A stretch of 57,813 bases of DNA, filler included, from Sphacelaria rigidula (lineage: Eukaryota): the NCBI GenBank assembly GCA_964200075.2. It is 4 parts of 4 records of this genome, joined end to end, with 100 filler letters (N's around TTAATTAATTAA, not from the genome) between each part and the next. Parts side by side here need not be neighbours in the genome. Positions count along the whole stretch, not along the records: positions 43,438 to 57,813 come from CAXNAA020002283.1; 3 more parts are not named here. One strand, 5' to 3'. A program made the position numbers and the translations under genes. The first letter of the stretch is position 1. Each line of letters opens with the position of its first letter. The notes beneath the pieces are model-generated. The model worked only from the letters and a program-made list of their open reading frames with translations. It was not told where the DNA came from and ran no database searches. Shown here in pieces: positions 48,446 through 57,813 of this stretch.

Positions 48446-49243
48446 TGTTATTCCTTTTCCATAATATGGAGGCGGTGTGTGTGGGAGAATACATACCTTT
48501 TAGTAGCTACTGTCACATTCCGCAGTTTCAATTGAATGGGACAAAGAATGGAGATCATCACGGGAAGAGGGGTGGGCACTTCCAGCATGAAGAGCTCGCT
48601 TCACGGGCGGTGTGCGGAGGTGAAAAAAGCCCCACCATGCACTAGACCCGTCACAGCACACATCGCAAGCGATCGCGACTGAAACAAGGTCCCGTCCCGG
48701 TAGTACACGACGAAGTTGTGCACGGTTCTCTACATGCCGGCCCGCCCCGCGCGCACGGATTTCAAATCACACTTGTATACAGTATACTTGTATGATACTG
48801 TTTGCTGTCTGTGTGTACCGAGGGGTGGTACGTGGTGTACCACCCCTCGCTCCACCATATCTTGTATAGCGGTCGGTGTTGCAGCTGAGCGTGCATTTGC
48901 CCTAGGTGGCGCAGGCAGGAGAAAAAGGCCGCCTCTGCCGCTATAATGCCTGCCTGTATCTTTAGCGGAGCTGTATGGTAACACAGCCGATATGGCGCGC
49001 AAGCCGGCTGTAACATTTCATACCGTGGAGATTTTCAACCTGTCTTGAAGTGATACTGCGCGCAGTTCGCACTTTGAGCATTTCCCACGTTGCAGTACGC
49101 AATGCATTCTGTATTGTGCACAGTACATTCTTTTCAATTGTATACTGGCTGTACAAAGCTCTTATCGAGGGTGTATTGTTATACATTTCCACATATATTA
49201 CGCGGTGAGATCGTGAAACAATGCACAGCACATGGCCGAAGTG
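48446..49243 (-). repeat. Probable 5' LTR of the second gypsy element, truncated at the copia junction
   Basis: Ends GGAATAACA at 48446 on the minus strand, upstream of gag; a diverged inverted copy lies at 53106-53884. Confidence 0.7.
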
Positions 49244-49673
49244 GAAGTGGGGCAATCACCGAAATATCCACGTGCAAAGCGTGTGCGGAGAAAACCGAAG
49301 TTAATAAGGCTAGAAGAATACCAGTGCAACGCCCACTCCGGCTGCCAGCCTGTTTGCACGGCCGTTCCGGTAGTGGTGGGATTGTCTGTACCAGGGTGTC
49401 ACCCCCAGTACCAGATACACCAGCAAGGGCCTGTCGCGTAACCCACTCGTCGCGCGACAGGAGCTTAGCCTTCGACTGTCGACCGTTTTGGAGCGGAAAC
49501 ATTCACTTCCCAACCTTTTCCCAACCCTGGTATATATAGCGGACCATAAACGATGCTTGTTTGCTCGGTTTCGCAAGCGTTTATCCATAACTGGGCGAAG
49601 CTTGATGATGAGGCCAGCAGGATCCGTTGCAGTCAGCGTGCTCAACTGTCAACTATACCCACTATAATCGTCG

Positions 49674-50879
49674 TCAGACAACAGGGTAGTAGGGGGAAAA
49701 GTCCGACGCACCGTGGATATTGAGAGAAAAAGCAGGGGTCTTCGTCGAGTTCGCATCTTCCATTCCGTAGGTGTCCAGGATTCCTCTCGTATACGTTTCC
49801 TGGGATAGTTCGATACTACCTGTCGATTCGTCTCGTTTGATAGCCAGTCCAAGTAGAAACGTAGCAGGTCCCAGGTCCACCACTTCGAACCGATCCATCA
49901 ATTGTCTTTTGGTTTCCTCGATCTTTGTAGCATATCTGCCTGATAGTAGAACATCAACATATAATAATAACAACACATCTCCGCCATGGAGAACATATAT
50001 ATAGACACGCGTCGGCGGGACTGGAGGTGAACCCTGTGAGAGTAAGAAAGAGTGCATACTCCCCCACCAACCGCGCGGTGATATCCGAAGTCCATCAAGC
50101 CACGCTCGTAGTTTCCATATTTGCTCCGTCTGTCTCTCCGTGCATTCAAAACCTTGCGGAGGAATGAGGTATACTTCCGGATCGTCAGGTCCCATGCGAG
50201 CTTGGAGAAATGCCGTCTTCACGTCCAATTGATAAAGCGGGAGATTGTCTCTGGCCGCTAGCGCGATCACCAAACGCACAGATTCCAAATGAGCGACTGG
50301 AGCAGTCTTCTCTCTGCCCGTATCTACCTCAAAAAATCCTTGCACGACAATCCTCGACTTTTGCCTGATAGGTTCCTCTTCTTTGTCATCTTTCCACCTC
50401 AAGATAAACTTGGAGGGAATGGGTTTCACATAGGTGTCCTCTGGAGGGTCAACCCACTCGAACACGTCGTAAGCCTGAAGCGACCGGCAGTCTTCCCTAA
50501 TGCTTTCAATCCACCCCCTGTTATGGTCGCCACTTGCAGTTTCCGAGTAATTGTTCGAGCCTGTTCTTGTAAAGTCATCCTGGTATCTTCCTTTCTCGTT
50601 TATGAAACCGGTCACTGGAGCATATTCCACTCGTTCATAGCTCAACTCTTTGTGGTCGTACACTTCCTCTCCTCGTATATCCGCAGACGACGACCAGTGC
50701 CTAGTTTTCCCGTCTTCAGTGGGAGCCTTGATCCTGGCACTTCGACGTGACTGACCTCCCTCACCAGGGGAAGATATTTCGGCAGGAACCGATTCAGGCA
50801 GTTGCGGCTCTTTTGGAACTACTGGTGAAGGCTCGTCGTTAGATTGCGAGTCATAAACGTCTTGTGTGAGACTAGGCAC
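49674..50879 (-). pseudogene. Copia reverse transcriptase, truncated
   Basis: Copia RT motifs in the 401-aa ORF; YVDD reads YVDV and no RNase H follows. Confidence 0.9.
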
Positions 50880-51084
50880 ACCGTCTCATATCTCCACTTC
50901 CTTCGGGCAGTCCCGAGTAGCTTTGTCTCGGAATGATACTTCTACAGAGTTCACGATTTTGGTCGGGTTAGCCGGGTTCCATAAACGCCATGTGCGGTTG
51001 TGGCTGTTATAGCCCAGTAGATAATAATTCTCCGCACGAGGTGCTAGTTTCCCACTCCGGTGGCGAACTTCGACATGTGTAAAC

Positions 51085-51247
51085 CAGGGCTCTTTACGTT
51101 ACACGTCACAAACGTACGTCACAAGGATGTGACGTAACGTGACGTATGTTTTTCGAATACGTCACAAAGCTTGACGTGACGTAACGTATAATTTCTCATA
51201 CGTCACGTTTGTGACGTAACGTGTAACGTGTAACGTAGAGAGCCCTG
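51085..51247. mobile_element. 163-bp hAT-type MITE inserted in the copia integrase
   Basis: TIRs CAGGGCTCT(T/C)TACGTTACACGT; 8-bp TSD GTGTAAAC/GTTTAAAC (7 of 8 match). Removing it restores GCTAFTHVEVRHRSGKLAPRA. Confidence 0.9.
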
Positions 51248-52962
51248 GTTTAAACGCCGTGCAGCCAGTTCCCGATAACACCAGAGCTCCCAAGGTGTTT
51301 TGACGTCCAATGCAGACGAAGGGGTATGATTGCATACAAACACTGCTGTGTGAGCTGCCTCTACCCACAACTGATCCGGCATATGAGTTGCTCCCAATAT
51401 GAGACTCCGTGAAATCCTTATAATTATTCCGAAACAACGCTAAGCGATGGCGTTCCCTTGCGGAATATATGGTGCGTTGTTTTCTACTTTAATTCCCAAC
51501 GACTTCGCCAATTCAAAGAACCGTCCCAGAAATTTGCCACCACCATCACACCTGATTCGGCAAATACAGAGCCCCTCTGGGTCCGCCACGGCTTTCACAA
51601 ATTCATCCAGGGCTTCGACGGCTTCACCCTTTGACTTCAGGGCGTATATCCGAAGCTTTCGAGACATGTCGTCAATGAACATGATCAAGTGTTTGCATTT
51701 GGTGTACGACTCAGTGATGTGTGGACCCCTTAGGTCCGCGTGGACGAGTTCGAGTCGCCTTGAGCTCCGGGGGCGATCAGATCTCCGGTGCGAAATTTTT
51801 GTGTGCTTCGATACAGCACAGACATTACACGCTAGATCCTGAACATGTGCTGATAGCTTGATTCCTGCTCCTTCTCGTCCGGCGAGTTGTGTCAGGTTTT
51901 GAATGTATCAGTGTCCCAAGCGTCGATGCCAAAGTTCAAATTCTTCTTGAACCGATGCGAAAACCTGCTGCTCCTCATTATTCTCTGTAACCACGGGCAG
52001 GGTGAACATGCGCTTGAGTTCTTTGCTGATCGAAAATAGTTTATCGCTGAATTCAAGGACAGGAGGGTCACAAAGTAGATTTAAATGCACTCCCTTCTCT
52101 TCCAGAGCTCGAACCGAAAATTGATCTGCTCCAAGTATTGGTACAAGAAGCACCTCAAGATGCACTGAAATTCGACGCCCTTCAACAATCCGTAGTTTGA
52201 AGTGTAAATGGCCTTTCGTGTTCGCGTAATTCGTCCCGCAGGAACCTTGAACTCGTAACGTGCACTCCTGAAGGTCCGACACATTCCTAATCAAAAGTGA
52301 TGACGAGTCGAGCATATAAGAGCGGATCCTGAAAAATCAGGTTCATCTCAAAAATGGGGTTGAAGTGGCATTTCTTTCTCGTAGGGAAAATACGAAACAG
52401 TAACACAGAGCGACAGTGCCTTCCCCTCCAAAACACCGCAGGAGCAGTTGAGCAATTCTGGATAGGTGCACCCAACGAATGCGGTGTACACGTGTGTCGA
52501 TGACGATATCACCAGAGAGAGAAGCAACGACAGAGAGGAAGCTCCTCGCCCGTGTCCTTTGCGTGTCCTCGCTCGGCGACTACCAATATCGCTCGAGAGA
52601 TTGGCATCATCGATGTTACCAGCATGTACCCAATTTTCCATGCTGTGCCAGAACACCGAGAGCTACGGAGAGATTTCGTCTCTTCTTCTTGCTTGCTTGA
52701 TGCGAAGATCAATTTCTCTCTGCCTCTCTTTTTGGACAAGACCTGCGTCTGTGCGCTGAAAAACATGTTGAAAAACAGGGCAATCTTCCCGTCACCGCTA
52801 CTACTGTTCTCTGCCACACACATGCCAGCAAGGACGGTGCTGCGGCAATAACAGATAGATCCAACTTGAACTTAGGGGGTGTTATTCATCGTTGATTTTC
52901 GCCGACCTTCCCCTACCCGGGTGCCCGACGAGAACAGCTTGCCACACGCCAGTTGAGGGGGG

Positions 52963-53884
52963 TGTATAAGAGATCAAGCACTTGTAGAAACCTATTTGAC
53001 ATGCGGAGTGAAAAAAGATACCTATGGTGGTGACCTAACTGTTGCTAGTGGGGCGCATAGGAGTCCGCCCATGCTGCAATCTGGAGCACACGCTGGTCGC
53101 CTGAACACCTCGGTCATGTGCTGTGGGTTATTTCACGATCTCACCAAATATGTGTGGAAATGTAATACACCCTGGACAAGAGCTTCCTACAGTCAGTACA
53201 CGATTTAAAAGAATGTACTGTGCACAGTATGGCAGCTATTGCCTGCTGCGACGTGCGCAATACTCGTAGTGGGAACTGCGCGTAGTATCACTTCAAGACA
53301 GTGAAGAAATCTCCACGCCGTATGAATTGTTACAGCTGGCTTGGGCGCCATAGCGGCTGTGTTACCATACAGCTCCGCTCAAGATACAGGCAGGAATGAT
53401 AGCGGCAGAAGCGACCTATTACTCCTACGTGCGCCACCTCGGGCAAATGCACGCTAAGCTGCAAAACCGACCGCTGTACTAGATGTGGCGGAGCGAGGGA
53501 TGGTACACCATGTACGCACAGACAGCAAGCAGTATTATACATATATACTGTATACAAGTGTGATTTGAAGTTCGTGCGCACGGGGTGGGGCCGGCATGTA
53601 GAGAACCCTGCACAAGTTCGCCGTTTACTACCAGGAAGCGGCATTTTTTCAGTAGCAATCACTTGCGATTGGTGCTGTGACGGGTCTCGTGCGTGATGGT
53701 GTTTTTTCCACCTCCGCACACCGCCCGTGAAGCGAGCTCTTCATGCTGGAAGTGTCCACCCCTCTTCCCGTGATGATCTCCACTCTTAGTCTGAGACAAT
53801 TGAAACTTCGGAATATGACAGTATCGACTGAAAGGTACATATTCTCCCACACAAATGCCTCCATAATATGGAAAAGGAATAACA
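52963..53884 (+). repeat. ~920-bp LTR (TGTATAAG...GGAATAACA) of the same family as 48446-49243, in the opposite orientation
   Basis: Preceded by polypurine tract GAGGGGGG (52955-52962); 53106-53884 aligns by eye to the reverse complement of 48446-49243. Confidence 0.75.
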
Positions 53885-54037
53885 CTGACACATTTTCGAC
53901 TTGCGTCACCTCCGGGAGGCCAGTACTGACCTCCCGAAGGGGAACCTTGTATATGTATATTACTTCGTCCAATACCCAATAAACACTTCGGTGGTGGGTA
54001 AAAGACCCACGAGGTAGCACTTTGGTCAGAATGTAAC

Positions 54038-54166
54038 AGCGGATCCAAAAAAATGAGGTTCATCTCAAAAATGATGTTGAAGTGGCATCTTTTTCTCGTA
54101 GGGAAAATACGAAACAGCAACACAGAGCGAAAGTACCTTCCCCACCAAAACTCCGCAGGAGGAGTT
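54038..54166. repeat. ~130-bp diverged direct copy of 52321-52449
   Basis: AGCGGATCC...GGTTCATCTCAAAAATG..GTTGAAGTGGCAT...GTAGGGAAAATACGAAACAG...CCGCAGGAG..GTT is present at both sites. Confidence 0.85.
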
Positions 54167-56899
54167 ATATTGTCGTCTGGCCACGAGGTGATGAGGGCAT
54201 CACTCTCCAGGAACAAGTACAGTCGGGAGTTGCAATCTGCAATCAGCCGACTTGAGAGGACGGTTGCAATCGAATGCAGCTCGCGGCACAAAGACCTTTG
54301 AGTCCGACCAGCACTGCATCATAGGGTCAAGCCTTAACTCACTTTCACGTGCAGAGAAGTGCTCTTGACTTGCTTGCAAGCGAGATATCTCCAGTCGATG
54401 GCTGATAGCTTTGTTATTAGGCTTGGCTACTGGTCAGCTAGAACCGAAGTTGCTAGGTGGTGTAAAAGTTGTGAGGAGCGAGGGGCTCCGGTGAAGGACG
54501 CCCGATTGGAATACAACACCAACATTCGAATGGAATAAGATCTACTTCTTCTGCCCTTGCCACGTGTAGTTCGAAACGCCTACTACATATACAGTCGTTA
54601 TCCGTTGTAACACCCCCCTCCCTTGCCTTGTGCACGCTGTTCATGCAAGACGGGGAAAGGCACAGCTCAATTCACTCTGGGCGTGATTCACTCAAGTCTC
54701 TATGCCATCAGCCTTATATCACGTCAACGACGAGAAAACCGCAGAATTTTGGCGCTAACGTAAACTGCGGGAAAAACTCGCCATGAAATCGAAAGGATGG
54801 GCAAAACCTGCTATGCAGGAAAAAAGCCTCATCGAATGGGGAAAAAATCTCTCACGCCCTTTCAGATCACAGCGACTGTTTTCGCATGTGCCATGTCTTC
54901 CCGGGATCTCAGTAAGACTGGAGAACAGAAACCATCAATAATAGAGGGTGACTATTTTCATATAGTAACGGCGCTTGGACACTCTTGTTCGGTTACACCA
55001 ATCCTGGGTAGTGTGGGACTCGCAAAGAGCTGACCCACTAAAAATAGCCCCAAGGAAGCGTTCGCTGGTTGATAGGAGTGTTGCACGCTTTTTCTCCTAT
55101 TGACCAGTTTTCGCTAACCTGCTGAACACTGGGGGACTACATCGTTTATTAACAGTTCAGTCACGATACAGTGTCCCAGCAGGTACTCTGTGCTCACCCT
55201 TTTGTGCAATGCTCGCATGATGAACATTTCCACATGAGAAGGGTGGGGCGCTCTACAGTAGGATGAACGTTCTTCGAGGACGAAGAAATAGGATAAACGG
55301 ACCGGGTACCTGAAGCAAAGGGTAGGATCGGGTCCAACAAAAGCAAGAGAAAATATAATAATAATTCATGGAATGCAAGACCGGGAAAAAGAAAAGAGAA
55401 ACCAAAAAATAGTGCTAGAGGAACAAACCAGGCCCGCAGCAAAAAGAGAAGGGGGAAAAGGAAACCTAGAGAGCACACTAGGTTCATAATACGAAAAAAA
55501 CAACTCATGAAACATGAAAACAAAACAAAAAAGGACTGACATGAGATAAAGATCAGGTCCTACGAAACCAAGAGAAACCAAGACGGAAGAGGAAAAAAAC
55601 AAAAAATGGAATCCAGATCAGAAAGCCGAAAATAAAGATGAGGGCGTAAAGGGAAAGTTATGATCCGAAAGAACGACGCAAAAAATTAGGGTGGACCATG
55701 TTCCCAAAACGCAATCAAGATCAAACATTATAAATTGAGGAAATAGAGCCGGGAATGATAACAAGATATATAACCGAACTCATTATCAACGGGAGAACAC
55801 GAGTGAAAACAGATCCGGAGAAACTAGGGAAAAAAATAAAAATTGAACAGCTGTTCTAATGAAAAGAAAAAAACAGTACTAGACTACCAAAAAGGAGGAA
55901 GAAAATGCAAATCGCTGCTCGCTCCTGTAATGCAGCACAAAACGGTCTACTATTCTCTCCTTTGTACAATACTATAATAATTACCTTCTCTGCTTCGTTT
56001 GCTCAATGCCATAGGCTCGCTCGTCGGGGCCACTTGCTGAAGGAAGACTCCACGCAGTCTTCGTCGTCTCATCACTCTCCTGAAGCGTTTGCCGCCGTCG
56101 AACAATAATTGCCCTTTTTGCTCAGCTTATTAAAATCCTCTCAGAATGCGAAACCTATGGGGAACAAGTTCAGAGCATCACTGCGCGACAGAGGGACATG
56201 GTGTGCTCGGGCGGGATGGAATACTTGATGCCTTGGCTGGGTGGTGCAGATGCCAAAGGGCGTGGAACCGGTCCACTCAAGGATTCCGCTTCCTAGTAAC
56301 CCCTCCGACATTGCTCCATCCTGAGCCTTTCCTCGCTATTTGCAACCCGATTTTTTCTGGATTGACACTCGCGACGGTCTTTCCGGGTGAGGAGGTGGGG
56401 TTTAGAGTTAAAAGTTGGCTTCGCCTTGAAGTCTAGTGTTCAGGCAAACTAGGCGGACTCGTCTGCGATTGAGTATCCCAGGTGAGGCGGGTAACGAGAT
56501 GCGGTTCGATCTATGGCGTGCTATCTTCCGCGTACGTATTTTGTGTCCTTGCATCACCACCTTCGGACCGCGTGCCGTCATCGATCCTTGTCAACTTTCC
56601 ATGTACCGTGTACTAGTGCTGCAGTTTTCTGCCGTTGCCATCCCGGCCCGTTGAGATCTCTCTCCGGATCCATCACCAGCCTTACCTCGCATAGGTGTTG
56701 TTCGCGCTGTTCTTACCGAAGGGTTCAGTCCTCTATTCGATTCTGCTTCTAGTGAGATAGGTGCAAGTCAACTTAGATATATCCGTGGTTTTGCGTCGAC
56801 ACGGCAACTCGGGGAGGGAAGCAGCGTGTCCAGCAGTGTGTGTTTGGTTCAAAACGCCAATGGGACGTGCTCACCCCACCTGACGTCTTGACTTGCAAA

Positions 56900-57500
56900 G
56901 CTCCGACAACATATCCAGTAGTGATTCTCCTGGTCTTACGACTGCGTCCTGACCACGTCGGAGAACTGACGCTTCGGAAAGCGGTGCACTCTTTCAGTTA
57001 CCTGCCTAAATGGGTGATTACCTCCACGCTAAACTCTTCTGCTCTGTTCAGCGAATCTTTTGAGGGGCACCGCAGGTTAGGCACATTCCGCAGGGGCACG
57101 GACCACCCCGTTGGCTGTTTTTATGGCTGTGGAAAATCAAACGGGGATGGGGAAGCGAGGTCAACTGCCAGGCAGATGTATGTATGTGAGTGCAACATGA
57201 CCTCAATCGTTGGCGAGTTGATCACCTCGTCTCATGGGTCTACTGCATGCCCCTACCTCATGGTCGTTTGACAACTGCTTGATCTCTTGGGCCTCCTGCA
57301 ACTGCATGACAGCACATCCTGCCTGATATCTTTCGTACTCGTTGACAAAAGGAAGCGGTCACATATCGTGGATAGGGTGGCGCCTACTACTTATTTTCCA
57401 TGGAATGTGAACGAGTGCCAACAGGTCGGCGATCATTATTTTTGGAACTGCCGGCAGCTGCTTATCATCGACTCTCAGTTGTCGCTTCTAGTTTGTACTC
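56900..57500 (-). pseudogene. Highly eroded Ty3/gypsy integrase (third gypsy element)
   Basis: Manual minus-strand translation across frameshifts gives AVPKIMIADLLALVH, FHG..VGATL...KDIRQDVLSCSCRR, YICLAVDLAS, CLTCGAPQKIR and EEFSVEVITHL. A polypurine tract plus TG (GGGAGGGGGG TGTTAC, minus strand, at 54612) may mark its 3' LTR. Confidence 0.65.
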
Positions 57501-57813
57501 AGATCGCCTCTCACTGACCATTTTATGGGGATTTCAGGAACAGCAGAGGGGCTGCAACAACAGATAGACAAGGCGCTAGAATACACAAGGAAATGGAAAG
57601 TGACACCGGATGTCAACAAAACACAGACTCAGTGACAGCGGATGTCAACGAATGCGCGGTACTCGTCTGTAACGAAGATGTGAAAAACCCAATAGAGTTA
57701 GAAAAAATGGAAATGGGGAGGAGAGGAACTGCCGATCGTAGACCAAACAACAAATTGTGCGAATTGAGGTTTAACTCCGAGATGGGGTTCAAGTCTAAAA
57801 CAGTGCTTTCCCC

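Larger units (their letters stand above)
49242..52450 (-). mobile_element. Degenerate Ty1/copia element (PR-IN-RT, RNase H missing) with a candidate 3' LTR at about 49242-49653
   Basis: Protease LDSS...VLLVPILG; LWHRRLGH and CNVC; integrase VHADLRGP, FIDD, RCDGGG, PYIPQGN; KLAPRA; RT KSRIVVQGF, QLDVKTAFL, LLYVD and DLG motifs. Confidence 0.9.

Noticed and set aside
47712..48494. Overlapping Arg/Pro/Ser-rich ORFs on both strands
   Set aside because: This is the GC-rich leader or gag 5' region of the gypsy element, with no domain motif.
56436..57290. Short matches (GTGTTCAGGC, GGCGGACTC, TGCTTGATCTCTT) to the missing end of the interrupted gypsy LTR
   Set aside because: They are too short and too far apart, and the last lies inside the eroded integrase coding sequence.
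1..57813. Several hundred short ORFs in the six-frame track
   Set aside because: Most are shadow frames of exons or transposon genes, or chance ORFs in ~50% GC DNA. This is intron-containing eukaryotic sequence with no operon, CRISPR array, rRNA or tRNA gene that I could see.

Overview
Eukaryotic genomic DNA, most likely from a brown alga or related stramenopile. This is inferred from the intron-dense gene structure and from retroelement proteins resembling Ectocarpus-type families as I remember them; no search was run. The window is four contigs joined by artificial 100-bp linkers (N44-TTAATTAATTAA-N44) at 14381-14480, 28860-28959 and 43338-43437. Contig 1 (1-14380) holds 17 phase-compatible internal exons (about 2.9 kb, about 978 aa) of a very large + strand fibronectin type III (FN3) repeat protein, open at both ends. 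Some of its FN3 domains appear split by inserted ~110-aa modules resembling phage structural or bacterial surface-protein domains, and two consecutive introns use GC donors. The remaining 43 kb has no recognisable host gene and is a nest of decayed transposons. It includes three Ty3/gypsy elements (one with an integrase ending in chromodomain-like and Tudor-like modules) and two Ty1/copia elements (one internally deleted to an in-frame Gag-RNase H fusion). It also holds a young non-autonomous LTR element with intact LTRs, a target-site duplication (TSD) and antisense degenerate cargo, plus LINE fragments and three miniature inverted-repeat elements (MITEs). All alignments and identities were done by eye.
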